Notes: generated by a model not told the origin, from the sequence alone. A stretch of DNA of 64,000 bases from Eledone cirrhosa (GCA_964016885.1 OZ024740.1:143282001-143346000); one strand, 5' to 3'; positions 22,900-37,370 are shown, counted from the first letter of the stretch. Numbers and translations: made by a program.

Positions 22900-25421
22900 A
22901 CCCAACGAAATCCAAAACTTCAGAGTTGGTACCATGAATGTAGGCACTTTGAAAGTTTGCTCTAACGAGGTTGTAGAGATGCTTGAACGTAAGGAAGTTG
23001 ATGTTTGTTGTGTTCAAGGACTAGATTCATTGTGGGTAAAAAACGATGCTATAAACTTTTCTGGGTGGGGTGGTGTAGGAATTATGTTAGCAGAAAAATG
23101 GGTAGATAAGGTAATGCCGTAAATAGAGTGAACGACAGAATAATTAAAATAAGACTAGTCCTAAATAGAAGTACTGTGACAATAATATCTGCTTATGCAT
23201 CCCAATCTGGCCTACCTGATGTTATAAAAGACAGATTCTATGAGTCGCTAATGCTCACTACCTCCCAAATAACCGACAGTGACTACATAATTATTGGTGG
23301 TGACCTTAATGGTCATGTTGGACAACATTGTGATGGCTATGACGGAATCGATGGAGGCTATGGGTTTGGTACTAGAAATGAGGACGGCTTCAGAATCCTG
23401 GAATTCTGTGACGCTAATAACCTAACTATCTGTAACACAAACTTCAAAAAACGAGACAATCACTTGATCACTTATAGATCAGGGGAACACACCAGTCAGA
23501 TAGATTATATCCTTACTAGAAGACGTGACAGAGTGTCTGTTGTAAATACTAAATCCCTCCCCCGTGAAGAATGCACCTCCCAAGTGCACCGCCTCATAGT
23601 TAGCAACCTCATACCCAAGACTAGACATACTCGACAACAGAGGAGAAGAATATGGAAGTTGAAGGACCCCACAGCCTGTAACAAATTTAAAAGTATATTA
23701 CTTGATGCTTTTGACAGTAAGAAAGAGCAATTAGAGACGTACAGCATCTGGAATGGTGGGACACACTATGGTCACCTGGATAGTAAACCAAGTAATACAG
23801 AATGGAATCATACCAAATGACTGGCGTAGCAGCATCATCATTAACTGCTACAAGGGTAAAGGAGATGCTCTAGATAGGGGAAATTATAGAGGCATTAAGT
23901 TAGTTGACCAGGTCATGAAGGTCACAGAAAGAGTTATAGTGCAACTAATCACAGAGCGAATTGATCTAGATGAAATGCAGTTTGGGTTTGTGTCAGGTAA
24001 AAGTACCACATACTCTTTTCCTTGTATGGCAACTACAGGAGAAGTACCTAGATAAAAGTAAACCCCTCTACTTAGCTTTTATTGACTTGGAGAAAGCCTT
24101 TGACAGAGTCTCCCCACCCCCCTCCATTATCTGGTGGACTCTTAGAAAACTTGGTGTAGATGAATGGCTTGTGATAGCTATACAAGCCATGTATAGAGGA
24201 ACAGTCAGCAACGTTAGAATTAACAATAAATATAGTGAAGAATTTAGCATCAAAGTTGGTGTTCATCAAGGCTCTGTCTTTAGCCCCCTCTTATTTATTA
24301 TTGCCCTTCAAGCTATAACAGAGGAGTTCAAGACCGGCTGCCCGTGGGAACTTCTATACGCAGATGATCTAACTCTCATAGCTGAATCGATGGCTGAACT
24401 AGAGAAGAAATTCCAAACATGGAAGCATGGCCTAGAATCAAAAGGCCTTAAAGTTAACTTGTCTAAGACTAAAGTTCTAGTATGTAGAAAGGAAAATAGG
24501 GCACAGGTGCCCTCTGGGAAATGGCCATGCTCAGTGTGTAGGAAAGGAGAAGGCAGAAATTTCAAATGTCAGAAATTTCAGAAATTTCAAATGTCCCAAA
24601 TGCAAACTATGGGTACATAAAAGATGTAGTGGGATCACAGGTAAACTATCTAAGAAGGTAGATTTTATATGTGGTCGATGCTCAGGTTCAATAAGTAGCA
24701 AGTGCCCACAGGATACTAGCTCCTTCTATTGCCCAGATGGTTCTATAGAAATTGTGGACACTTTCCGTTGCCTGGGTGACAAAATCAGCAGTGGTGGAGG
24801 GTGCTCTGAAAGTACAGTAGCCAGAGTCAGAACGGGATGGAAAAAGTTCAGAGAGCTTATACCATTATTGGCCACTAAAGGTTTCTCTCTAAAAATGAAA
24901 GGTAGATTGTAAGATGCCTGTATACAAACAGCAATGTCTAATAGTAATATACGCGAATGGCAAAAGATAAATGAACTGGACCGAGATCTTTGTGCATAGT
25001 GAAACCTTCAGTCAGTAGGCACCGCTTAACCAACACCTTGCCTATGTGCATAGTGAAACCTACAGTCAGTAGGCACCGCTTAACCAAATATACACCCCAT
25101 CCTACTACCCCCGACTCCACCCTCCCACTCCTGCCAACACTACCCTTTCTCTGTAAAGTTATGTTGGTACCACAACATCCACTCCAAAATAAATGAGGTT
25201 GTGTAGGTGTCATGATAAAAAAACACAGTCCACGCTGTAATGTGGCCGTGTAGGTAACACAGTAAAAAACTCCCAGTCCACACTGTAAATGTGGTTGGTG
25301 TTAGGAAGGGCATCCAGCCGTAGCAAACCTGCCAGCCAGTCCTATACGAGCAAGACATGGTCACCCGACCGTCTAAACCCATGCTAGCGTGGAAGATAGA
25401 CGTTAAACAATGATGATGATG
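22900..25421 (+). mobile_element. RTE-clade LINE, APE endonuclease and RT, internally deleted, with 3' tail
   Basis: RVGTMNVGTL, SAYA..GDLNGHVG, QIDYIL (APE); NYRGIKL, DLEKAFDRV, GVHQGSV, LLYADD (RT); tail ends TGATGATGATGAC. Confidence 0.92.
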
Positions 25422-25816
25422 ACATTTCTTGTATTCAAAGACAAACAGAAGAGTAAAGACTTCTGGTTATGAACATCAGAAAGAGTAAAGAACTTGGAGA
25501 AATTAATGGATGTTCATTGATTTCATCTGTCCAGTAAAATCGACTGCAATAATATACAAACTGTGTAAAATATAAACTTCAGGTATCAACATTTACATAT
25601 GACTCATTTTTATTTGAGTATTGACAATAAATCATCATCATCATTTAATGTCTATGTTCCATGCTAACATGGGTTAGACGAGTTGTCCCATTTGAAGCAA
25701 GTCAGGTAAGATGTTACAGTGTTTCTCTCATTGATAATTCGACAATCACAAAAATAATGTTTAAAAAAATCTTGTATTTTGAACTAAAATATTTTGCTTT
25801 TTCATTTTTTCAGATA

Positions 25817-25856
25817 ATGAAGATTTTACCACTACTCTATTTGCTGGCAATGACTT
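25817..25856 (+). CDS. Ig-like GPI-type surface protein, coding exon 1 (signal peptide MKILPLLYLLAMT, phase 1)
   Basis: Acceptor ttttttcag before 25814, ATG at 25817, perfect donor GTAAGT at 25857. Confidence 0.8.
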
Positions 25857-26059
25857 GTAAGTGATTTATCACCATCACCATCAACATCATCATCACCGTT
25901 TTACATCTGCTTTTCTATGCTTGCATGGGTTGGAAGTGTCTTTTCTAGCACAACCTCCTTCTACTCATTGTGGTACTTCGTCATCTCTGGTACCTTCAGC
26001 AATTTCAGATGAGCACTCAAAACCTCTGCCCTGATCTGCCTTGGACGCTTAATGCAGCT

Positions 26060-27190
26060 TTCTTCCACTGGCATTTGTGCATCCAAACGGAAGACGGGTA
26101 AATTCGTATATTCGGCCACAGGCTTCGAATGCAGTCAACTTAAAGTCGGAAGATTTGATGGGTATTTGGTGATAAGCTGCCTTTAGATCTATTTTCGAGA
26201 AATATTTGTGTTTTGAAATTTTGTTGAGTAGGTCTTCGATTATGGCATTAGTGGTGTGTAACGATTTATAGTGCCTGAGTAGTCTATGACAAGCCTTTTT
26301 TTGTTTTCTTGATCTATTACGAAACACTGCGCTCTCCATGGGCTTCTGCTCTGTTGAATTATTCCAGCTTTAAGCATTCTGTCGATTTCCGTTTTAATGA
26401 ATTGCTGATCTTTATTGTATTTTCGAGGAGGTATAGATAATGGTTTTAATTTTGTAGTATCGATTCCAGGCATTAAATCATATTCTTCACAATTCAGAGT
26501 TTGCATTGACATACATGTCGTGACTGCTCTCATGTCCCCTGCATATTTTATTGTTAAAGACTTATGCCTTTTAAGTATATCAAGAGCCATAACTACTGGA
26601 GCAAAGAGTTTGTCAACCACCATTAGATCGATGTGGTATTCTCGGCCCTCCCATTCTAATGTTGTTTCAAATGTACCTCGTATTATGAGTTTACTGTTGT
26701 CGGCTAAAATTACACTCTTATTCTTAGTTTTCTTGAATTTACTTTGCCATTTCGACAAGTGGTTCATGTCAATGAAAGACTTGTCTGAGCCTGTGTCAAG
26801 TAAACCTTCTGTTTTATGTGAATTGACATAAATTGTTAAAAAGTTTGTATTATGATTCACGGAAGCAAGTTTATAGCAGGCAGCAATATTACTGCCATCA
26901 TTGGAGCCCTCGTTATTATTCAAGACTGCTGCGTGTTTTATCTTCTTTAGTACCTTCTTATTTTTAACAAAACATACTGTTGCCCAGTGGCCTTTCTTGT
27001 GGCAGAAATTGCAAGTTGAATTTTTTGCAGGGCACTCTGATTTTTGGTGATATGTACTACCACACCAGAAACATTTTAATGAAGAAGCAGCGAATACGGG
27101 TTGTGACGGCGGTTGTATTGTTGTTGTTGACAGATTTTGTGCGTCTTCTATTGCCAGTTCTAATGTGAGAGCGGTTTGGAATGTTTTATC
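26060..27190 (-). mobile_element. Ty3/gypsy gag-pol fragment (zinc knuckles, protease, RT) inside intron 1
   Basis: Minus strand CFWCGSTYHQKSEC and CNFCHKKGHWATVC knuckles (about 26972-27073), LLDTGSDKSFI protease, KKRLVIDY, FSKIDLKAAYHQI, LPFGCTNA. No LTRs seen. Confidence 0.9.
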
Positions 27191-27199
27191 TAGATTTTT

Positions 27200-27340
27200 G
27201 AAACTCCTACCTGTATCTTGAATACATCACTAAACTCATTACCTGCTCTCATTTTACTGACAGCACCTTTGTACATAGCTTGCATGGCTCTCATAACCCA
27301 CTCATCTACACCCAGCTTCCTTAAGGACCACCAGATAACA
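27200..27340 (-). mobile_element. Short RTE RT fragment
   Basis: Reverse complement encodes SVIWWSLRKLGVDEWVMRAMQAMYKGAVSK. Confidence 0.75.
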
Positions 27341-27601
27341 GATCAATGTATAATTCTCTCTACAAGTATTAAATGTGTTATTATTCTAACAAAAGTAGAA
27401 ATCCAGTTTTTCTTATCTGTAATTCAGCAACAAGCCTTTTAAGACCATTTTCCTTGCTATATTAAGGGTTATCCCTTCATGGCATCCTTTTTGAGGCAAT
27501 ATTTTACAGCCACATTCCCTTCCTGTTGAAACCTCTTTTAGTCACCTCTTACAACACACATGGTTATGTAAAATCTGAAAATATATTTTCATCTTTTATA
27601 G

Positions 27602-27643
27602 ATATATCAATGGTCAATGCACAGCTTAACATTGAAGCAAATG
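27602..27643 (+). CDS. Ig-like protein coding exon 2 (YISMVNA/QLNIEAN, phase 1-1)
   Basis: Acceptor ttttcatcttttatag, donor G|GTAATT. 42 nt; completes the signal peptide with a V-N-A cleavage motif. Confidence 0.8.
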
Positions 27644-29025
27644 GTAATTGTATTATAAAAATCTTTGATTTTAAAACCAGATGCTATCTTTTCTACTCTG
27701 CTTTCTGCTTCTTTCTCATAGTTAATAATCTTTAGTCACTAAATATATTTCCTCCTTTGAATGGGCAAAATTTCATCTTCAGAGCCCAAAAGACAATAAT
27801 GATTATAAATATGATTGTGATTATAATATTGATTGTAGTAATACAAACTGTTATCTTAAAATATCAATTTGACAAAACTGTAGAAAGTAACTAAAGACTA
27901 TTTAGTAAAAACAAATGTATATATATATATATATCAGCAGCAGCAGCAGCACTTAACATCTATTTTCCCTACTTTTGAGGATTGAATAGGTCATTATAGA
28001 ATAAGTCAGTACTTAATTGAAGCCAATAGCCTCTCAACAAGTCAGGTATCACATCTCACTTACATACATTCCTGAAATGTACATGTTGTAACAGATGCAT
28101 TTTATCATGGCACCAGCTCTAGAGGGGTTTTTGTACCCTTGATAAAACTGAAGAGGCTTCACAACTCTTTGTTGGCCCAGTTTTCTATGACTGAATACCC
28201 TTCCTATCACCAACCACCTTATAGAATGTACTGGCTGGTTTTCTCATGTTGCCAACACTAGAGAGGTTATCATGCCCTTAACACAACTGAAGCGTCCTCT
28301 TGACCCTTTTTTGGTGTGGTTTTTCCAGCTGGACACCTCTCCTATCACTAACCACCTTACAAAGTGTACTGACTGCATCTTTTGTGGCACCAGCACTAGG
28401 GCAGTAGTCACGGTGTAGTCCTACAGATGGAAGCTCTTCCTAACACTGACCACTTTGATGGGGGAGGTAAGAAGGATGATGTATATATGTGCACACACAT
28501 ACATATTACATATATGAATACATATTCAGAATTCTGTACATTTTTGGAGACACTTGTGATCTGTACATAAGTTGGTATAACATGTGAGTAATGTAGCATG
28601 TCATCAGGGTCATGGTCCTTGAAAGACTTTCAGTTGTCTCCAATGGTAACATGACGCAAGATGATTAAAACTTAAGGATCTGCTGCAATATCTTCCGTCT
28701 TCTTCGTCATTATGTGAGTTAATTTAACACCTGCTTTATCACTATTGAAGATTGAAGACAATGAAACGCATTTAGTCTGAATCCTCACCCTCAACTTTGC
28801 AATCTTTAAAGACCCTACTAGGAGGACAAACCTTCTGATGACATCACTGTCAAGGTCTGATGAACATGCAAGCTTCTCCACCACATCATAGTAGATCTCT
28901 CATTCAATTTCTCATTAGTTCTGATAATCTTTATTATATATTTTTACTTTTAATTTCCATTATAAATATATCAAAGCTGATAAAAACTTAAACTTAAATC
29001 AATAAATTTAATATATCTATTTCAG

Positions 29026-29274
29026 GAACAATTTGGTTAGGGGAAGAAATAACTCTTAAAACTCCAATCAGTGCTAATACTGCGGCTATTACATGGAAAA
29101 GTGAAGGAAAGAATATTGCATGTGACAAAAGTTGCGGTGGGAATGAAGACTACAAAATTACTAGGGGAAATGGTTTATCTACCCTTTGGATAAGAAATGT
29201 TTCTTGGCAATATCGTACATGGACAGTTATTGAAAATGATTTGGAAACTAATGACTTCACTATGGATATAAATG
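29026..29274 (+). CDS. Ig-like protein coding exon 3 (domain 1, phase 1-1)
   Basis: tttcag acceptor, G|GTAAGG donor. 249-nt open exon: GTIWLGEEITLKTPISANTAAITWKSEGKNIACDKSCGGNEDYKITRGNGLSTLWIRNVSWQYRTWTVIENDLETNDFTMDIN. Confidence 0.85.
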
Positions 29275-30654
29275 GTAAGGAAATAATTTCTGATGATAAT
29301 AATCATGGAGCAAGTATTTTATGGTGTTAAATCAAAGTCAACATTTGTATTTTAATGATTTATTTTCTATCTTGAATTGTAATATTTCTGTAATATATAA
29401 TAATGTGGGATAGTTAACTAAATGAACTGGTTAGATTAACCCCTATGTCCTTGTTCTAATATCTTGACCACATTTCCAATAATTAGGTGTCTATATTACC
29501 ACTTAATTGTTATATGGTTGACAATCTTTCGGTATCTTCTAATATCTTAATCACATTCCCAGTGGTCACTTATCTAATGTTAGGGGGTTATAAACCCCTA
29601 TAAAATAAGCTAATTTGTCAGACTGCCATATTTGTGTTAAAAATGTTTGTTTTTTGAAATTCAGATGTTATGTTGATTTTATTTATTTTTTTTTTATATA
29701 TAGAATTTTAAATAATAACATTCTTATTCCTTTTCTATCTCTAAGAATGATTCCACATTCCTTAGTACAGATGTATTGGAAGGTTTTATCTCTGAATGGT
29801 TTAGAAATCATATAAACACAAATTTAGCAGTATGTCTTATTTTATATAGTTGTCACAGAATTTTGAATCTCATAACTTGTTTGGTTTTAATATTGCAGTG
29901 AACTTTGTATATTTTCTGTTAGCCATGTGATGTTATAGACTATTTCCAACTCTCCTTATTTTCTGATAACTTTTTCTTGGAGTTGAAAACTGTGAAAACA
30001 ACCACACATTAAGAAGACCCGCTTAACATTTGCAGAGATAGGAGAAATCAATCTAAATATACCTACAGACTAACAAAGAACAGTCTGTCTGAGGAACAAT
30101 TTGTCCTCTATATATGATTATATACACTTACAGACTGATGAGGATTCTTTGTTACTAAAATATACATAAACCAACTTTATACTGATATTATTCTTGTTTT
30201 TTTTCTTTCCTTTTTTCAATTCTTGAAATGACAAAGAAATTGGTCTTATTTTTCATTGATCAGAACCTTTTTCCAAATTCTCACTGCAAACAAATCTATT
30301 GTAACCAAATCTTGACAATACAGTGTGGGAATAAAGAATCTGTAAATTAAAAAAATAGCTTGTGGTAGCAATAATAATAAAGGCTTACCTTGCTTCCAGA
30401 ATTCACTTAGAGGAATTTTTAATAGCAGCTCTTTCATGCTAAACAGCTTAAAACACCACACTTTTCTGTGAGTCTCACACTCACATACACACGCAACCAT
30501 ACTTTGAAAAAAATTCTATGTTGAAAGAGGATTGGAGTTCTGTTCCTTCACTAACCTGGCACTATTTCCCTCTCATACTTCTGGCTCTTAACCCACAATA
30601 CTACATACATTTTAAAAGACGGTATCATAGAAGCAACTAATTCATTATCGCTGG

Positions 30655-30788
30655 CAGGGCCTATGAGAGGGGGTCCAACTAGTACTTTGTTCCGGGGGCC
30701 CAAGACCTAAGAAGGCCCCACAGCAACCATGCAACATCCATTTTGAGAATTTGCCTGCTTCAGAGCAAAATTTCTCCTGGAAGCCCTG
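30655..30788. mobile_element. Short hAT-type MITE
   Basis: CAGGGC...GCCCTG termini flanked by ATCGCTGG (30647-30654) and ATCGCAGG (30789-30796), an 8-bp TSD with one mismatch. Confidence 0.6.
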
Positions 30789-31480
30789 ATCGCAGGCACA
30801 GTTTTTTTCTTTGGCAATTTCAGTATTGAAAAGTCTTCTAGTAGATGTTTCTCAAATGAGATGGAGGTGGGTGCAAATATTCTAAAATGCTGCTATTCGC
30901 ACCAGAAATCAACATTCTCTGTTAACTGTTCTCTCTCATTTTCTGCATCATCATCATTGAACAGCCATTCTCCCTGGTAGCAAGTGTTGGACAGGTTATT
31001 ACAGAATGAGTCAGTGCTCAAGTAGAGCTACTGACCTCTCAGATGGGTCAGAGGCCCACATTGTGCTTACATATATTTCCATACTCTATAGAGTGCACTT
31101 TATTGTGGCGCCAACATTAGAAAGGTTGTCATGACTTTGACACTGCTGAAGAAGCCTCTCAACCCTTTATTTGACCAGTTTTCTATGACTGAATACCTTT
31201 CCTATCACCAACCACCTTGCAAAATGTACTGAGTTTGTTTAATTAAGTCACCAACACTAGAGAGGTTGTACCTTTGACGTAACGGAAGAATTCTTTTGAC
31301 TCTTTTTAACACGGTTTCTATGACAGGATTCTCTTCCTATTGCCAACCAAGTCACAGGTTGTACTGGGCGCATTTTTTGTAGCACCAACATTAAGGAGGT
31401 TATTGGTAATTGAGTTAACTGAAGATCCCTCTCTACTCTATGGGAGGGGATGTTAAAAAGGATGGTAAGTATAATGCATG

Positions 31481-31511
<31 letters not shown>

Positions 31512-31548
31512 TTGTATGTATAATATGTACACATGATATATTTTGCAG

Positions 31549-31646
31549 TGAAGCCAACGATTCATTTTGAAATCAAACCAAATTGTGACTACAAAATAAA
31601 AACGACTTGTTCTAAACCCAAGGCAGATATAAAATGTCTCTACGGT
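31549..31646 (+). CDS. Ig-like protein coding exon 4 (domain 2 N-half, phase 1-0)
   Basis: attttgcag acceptor, GGT|GTAAGT donor. VKPTIHFEIKPNCDYKIKTTCSKPKADIKCLYG. Confidence 0.82.
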
Positions 31647-33289
31647 GTAAGTAAATGGAATTGGGTTTTTACCTGTTTCTCTTCCTATCATTAACCTATT
31701 CAATTATGTGCTAGGGAGTGGATTGCTTAATTTTATTTAAGGTAACTGGAGTGAGTAGGGTGTATCTTGCTTAGAGACACAACACAATTACTCTAGTACA
31801 GTATTTGTAATTCTAAGTCGGGACATATCAGTTCAAAATGAGATTAACAAAAAAAGATTTGACTATGGTATTTTAAGAAATGAACTGAGCATCAAATAAC
31901 ATTGTGACATTTACAATGTGGAACTTGCTTGATTAAAAGTTTTTTATCAGTCCAGTAATGAAGCAAAAGAATCATCATCCATCATATGTAATATTTTCCA
32001 GTATTTTCATGTGTAAGTACAACAGTGGCACTGATCCATGATCATAACAATCTATGAGCTGACTGAGAGCAATGTTAGACACTTTTGTCTATGTTGATCA
32101 ATGTTCACTTGATGCCTAAAAAAACACATTTTTGAAGCTGTGCACTCCATCAGATTTTAAAAATGGAATAATTCCATAGAAAATGAGATTTACAATTGTG
32201 ATTCATAAAGAGCGGGTTTTCCATTTTGTTTACAATATCATATAAGACATGGGAGGACTTTCGGGTTAAGTTAGAACCTGACATTTGATCAGTAAATGAA
32301 ATATTTTGGCAAACTATCTCCTGACTTCATTATAAGAAGTCCTCCTCTACACCTGCTTTCAAGAACTTGTCTGGGGTTCTTGTTTCTGAAGAGAGGTGCA
32401 TCCTCATAAGCTAGAGAGAGTACTTTGCTGATCCTGGGTCACAATAGTTAATGTACATGAGTAGTGTCTAACCTTGCGAAGGCTGTGGTCACCAGAGCAA
32501 TTAAAGTGCTCAAATGTGGCAAGGCCGCTGAGGAAGATGAAATTGGGCCTGAGGTTTAAAACCTTAAATAGAAAAGGTATGTTCTGGCTGATTCATGTGT
32601 TAGGTGGCCTGAATCTCTGTGAAGGCACCAAAGCACTAGCAGCAGGGAGTGATACAATTTTAGAAGAAGTGAGATTGCTCTAATTATTTGTTGTTAACAC
32701 AATATAAACTATAATAAAGTAAGAAGCGCGGGATTGCTTAGTAAAATAAGTTGGTTTACTTTGAATAAATAATGAATGAATGTTACATAATTTATCTACT
32801 AAATTTCGTGGCTGTTCATTAAATATATTTTATTATTTATTTAAAGATTCGCTTCTTTAAAATTTTCAAATGTAAACACTTCCGATCGCTTAAATAAATA
32901 CTCATATATTTCCTTCACTAATTTTCTCCTAATGCAGTTTATATATAGTATCGTCTTTTTTAATGTATCATGGATTACATTACTGATTAAATAAGACAGT
33001 GTAACACAGTCTTCGTTCAATTTCTGTGTATATTGTCAATTACGATTTTATTTGATGTATCATATCTACATGCATATATACTTGCGTAAAATATCAATAT
33101 ACACACTAAACATACTAGCAGAAAACCACCCGAAGGGTGGTTTTTCTGCTAGTTTATTTAATGAATATGATTTACAGAATAAACAAATCAATAGAAATTA
33201 ATTAGAGAAAGAAAAAACAAAAAAACAAGAGAAGATGGGTACACTCAATTGCATGCTACAACAGGGAATGTTCGTATTTCCCTAAAACA

Positions 33290-33720
33290 TTTTGAGGTAA
33301 TCAAGACACTCATGACATTGCTGCTGGAATAGCCAAGCACTCTTATGAGCATCACCTGATACTTCAGTAAGATGAGCTGCCAACAATGACAAGAACCTTA
33401 TTGTCAGCAACCCTGCTACCACCAAATATTTTGAATGCTTCAGGCTGAAACATGGATTACCAATAATTCACTGTATTTCAGAATTTTATTTCGTTTGGCT
33501 ATGGTTGCAGTGACCCCCATTTTTTCTGCAGCATCTAATATATGAGGAGCAAAAGCATCACTGACTGTGGTGCCCCATAAGACGCATCTACTTTTAGCCT
33601 GAGGGCAAAGAGTAAGACGAATGAGCCTCTTTCCATTAACCCTGGACAATCCATTTCTAACAGAATTTGGAATTTCAAAATATTTTCCACTTACTATAGC
33701 TAATCTTCCAGCTCTAATCA
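33290..33720 (-). mobile_element. Highly decayed CRE-like endonuclease fragment
   Basis: GLSRVNGKRLIRLTLCPQAKSRCVLWGTTVSDAFAPHILDAA, recognisably related to 4480-4680. Confidence 0.65.
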
Positions 33721-33899
33721 TATCATCTAGATAGAAAAATATATTTACTATTATCGATGGGGGATGGGGCTGGAGTGTTGTAACACTTTTCTGCTTGTTC
33801 GAGTTTAGGGTGGGGGGAGGTAGTGGATTAGCTAACCTGCTTCTGCTGCATGCATTCCACTTGCATGAGAGGCGAGTTCTTCATATTACAGAATTTTTC

Positions 33900-35230
33900 T
33901 CAGTCCTGGATCATCTCCTTTATGGGATTTAACTGCATGAGGTCGGCCTTTATGACACCATCTCATCACAGAATTTCCTAGGTCTTCCTCTTCCAAGGGT
34001 TCCTTTGACTTCAGGAGCCCTACATTTCTTTATGCAGCTGTCATCCTTCATACATATTACATGTTCATACTATCGCAATTTCTTCTCATGAACACTACAC
34101 ATGATGCCTCTTATGCCCAGCTTTACTCTTAGCTCATTGATATTTCATCGCTCTTATATATTACTATTATACATTCATCGGAGCATGCTCATCTCATTTC
34201 TTTCCAATCTTTGTAAGTCCTCCATACACAAAGCCAAAGTCTAACTACAATGTAGCATTGCTGTTCGTACACAAGCAGCATACAGTCTGCCATTCACTCT
34301 GAGGCAGAAACTTTTTGTAGCTAGCAGTGACAGTAGCTCCCTGACTTAACTTTTTCCAACCAGTCCTTATTCTGGCTACTGTACTTTCAGAACACCCATT
34401 CCCACTACGAATTTGATCCTCTAGATAGCAGAAACTATTGACTATTTCTAGGAAGCCCTCTGAACATTTAATAGGGCGTTTCATGTGTGCTCTTGTTACT
34501 TACTGCTTCTGTGCATTGGTTACATACAAAGCCTACATTTTTAACCTGGTGTAAAACCAAACTGCATCTTGTCTATGTTAATTCTATCCTGAATTAGTTG
34601 TGCAATAACTATTTCAGTAACTTTCATGACTTGGTTCATCAACTTGATGCCTCTTTAGTTTCCTCTGTCTAGTGTGTCTCCTTTGCCCTTGATGCTGCTA
34701 TGCCAGTCATTAGGTATGACACCATCCTGTATTACTTGATTTACTATGCACATAGTGTGTGCCCCACTCAACCAGATACTTTTGGCATCTGAGCTACTAT
34801 CCCTGATGGCCCAGCTGCTTTACTTGTCTTCATATCCTTCATTGCCTTACTTACTACACAGTTGCTAACTTGGCTGACCAGACCCTCTGTTGAATCTGCT
34901 TGAGGCAGGCCTTCTTTCTTCTCAGCAACAATGAGGGCAAGTCAACCACTGTCATTTTGGACACAATTCTCCCCAACAACATCTTGATTTTTCCCTCACA
35001 TCTTGCAATCCTGAACACCTCATGCCTATGGTCCCCACAGTGCAGAACATGCACACATTTCTTGTTTTCTGCTTTCCTCCTTCCTAAGTATACCTGTCAC
35101 TTGGCTTCTCTTCTACCATCTTGATACTGTTCTCTGCTTCCCCCATTTTGCCAATCTTTCCATGTCTGTTTCTTAATTCTAACTGTCTCATCTACTCTTC
35201 TATTCCACCACCATGTCACTCTATGGCATC
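33900..35230 (-). mobile_element. Decayed RTE LINE with internal deletions
   Basis: EIVNSFCYLEDQI..GCSESTVARIRTGWKK, HEVFRIAR and GPSGIVAQMPK segments. Confidence 0.75.
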
Positions 35231-35819
35231 CAGGGGCCTTGTTTTGAAGTATATGGGGACAGGGAAGGTTCTGTGGTATGAGTTAATTGGGTTTGGTGCC
35301 TGGGATGTAGTGAATTTGCATGGCATTTCAGTCATATTTCTGAACATGGTGTGGTACTTCAGCCCCTTTTCTAAAATGATCTACCTCATTTATATCGCTT
35401 ATCCAGATTGATCAGACAGAAAACTGTTGGTGGTGGAAAGGGGATGGAAGAGAGGTTTCTGATGAGGTTTAGGGAAGAGGAGGAGAATAGAATTTAGGAA
35501 AAGAAAGATGGCAAACATGGCTAAAATAGAACAGGACAAGAGAGATCTGAAGAAGTAAATTTTAGGGAAGAAAGATGAGATAGATTGAAAACAGCAAGCA
35601 AAAATAAAATGAAATATTTATGAACAATACAAGAGAGAGAGTGAGAAATGAATTGTAGGGAAGGAAGAAAAATGAGAAATATATAATGTATATGGCAGAA
35701 TTTGCAGAAAAGAGGAGAATAGGATTTAGGAAAAGAGAGATAGCAAACATCACTAAAAATAGAATATTCATAAGATATAAGCTTTAAGGAAGAAAGATGA
35801 GATAAGAAGAAAATATATA

Positions 35820-36520
35820 CTGTATATACTCAAATATAAGCCACCACCACCCCTATTTTATGTCTGAGAAATGAGCAAAAATCCAACTGATCAACACATT
35901 ATGTTTAGATAGAATGGTTTTGAAATTCTCGTGATTATAAAATATAGTTACAAAGTTTTAATATTTTGATGTTTAAAATATAGTTTTTGTTTCACACCTC
36001 CATTGGGTAATGAGTTTCCATTACGCTAAGTTTCAACAAGTTTCTCAAATGTTTGTTTACTTCTGGCCACTCACATGCTACAAGTACTTTGAAAGCAAGA
36101 AATCAACTAAGAAAGCATTGTATTAGAATAGAAGAAGGAGGGGGTGACAGCAAGTGAGAGATGGCAATAAAATAATATTAGAAGAAAGATTTCAATTTTA
36201 CAGAACATTGAAAGAAAAAGTATTATTAAGTCAGAGAAAAACATGTATGTGTGTGCACATGTGCATATGTAATTCTGTATAAGATATTTATGTATTAAAA
36301 AATTTAAATTATAAAACTTTGTTGGAAATATTTTCATGGGAATGCATAAAAAACACTAATGATGATGTAAATGAAGCAAAACAGTTTCATTGTAAAATAA
36401 TCACTCCATATATTTTAACACCTTATTTCTGGTGAAAATCAGCAAAATATAAGCTGACACCCATTTTACCATTGATTCTTTTTGTCACATATTTATTAGC
36501 TTATATTCAAGTATATATGG
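35820..36520. mobile_element. Tc2/pogo-type MITE (old)
   Basis: TA|CTGTATATACTCAAATATAAGC ... GCTTATATTCAAGTATATATGG; 22-bp TIRs whose differences fit CpG decay. Subterminal AATATAAGCTGACACCCC repeat. Confidence 0.6.
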
Positions 36521-37370
36521 CTGTGTTTGAAGGAAGTATATGTGACTGTGTTTGAAGGAAAAGGTGAGGGCTTACAAGAATTAGTCACATAGTGTTATGT
36601 ATATGCGGATGAAGTACAGAGGATATTATATGTAATATATTCTTGATTTGTGTAATGTTTATATTTTGGTTTAATGAAATTAAGCTATATCGTCAAGCAC
36701 TTATTTCAGAATATTTGCAAGCTCTTTTAGTAATGGGGAATGAACTTTGACACGGGATTGGGGATCAAGTTTCATGTGACAAGGCCTAGTTTCAAAAAGG
36801 GATTTATATCATGTTGGTATCCTCTATATAGAAATATGTATAATGAGTGTTCTACCACATTCAGACTATAATCACTGTACTATGTCCAGCTCCACCACTT
36901 GTTCTGTTACCAATATAACAGAACTTATCAATAATATAGAAGATATCATTGTAAGCCTTGCATGTGTCATAGTTGAAATTATGGTAACTTTCCAGATTGT
37001 CTCAATAATGTTATACCTTATGACTGTTTTAACAAGCTAAGTAACTTAAATAGAAATAAATTAAGTATTAAATGTAATAAAGTAAAAGTTTAGTCCTTGA
37101 AAATTAGTTACTGGGGAAAAATCATTTGAGCCAGTCAAAATCTCACAAAAACTTTGAAATTCACTTTTATCATTTATTTATTGTTGTCAAACTTTTCCTT
37201 GCATTGATTATGACCAAGTTACTGACACAGTTTCACTGATAAATATAAAATGAATTTAAGTTTCTTAAGTCTCAACACAAGCTCAATCAAGTCACATACC
37301 AACCAAGTACAACTCTGAAATTAATAATGATTTCTTTAAATATTCTTTTTTATTTTACTTTCTTTCTCAG

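Noticed and set aside
25857-29025. Direct splicing of coding exon 1 to exon 3, and other exon-2 candidates near 27427 and 27510
   Set aside because: Each creates an in-frame stop. Only 27602-27643 keeps the frame and completes the signal peptide.
36710-37040. Potential extra exon or ORF (MSVLPHSD...) in intron 4
   Set aside because: Exons 4 and 5 already join in phase to complete domain 2, and I found no convincing phase-0 splice pair around this ORF.
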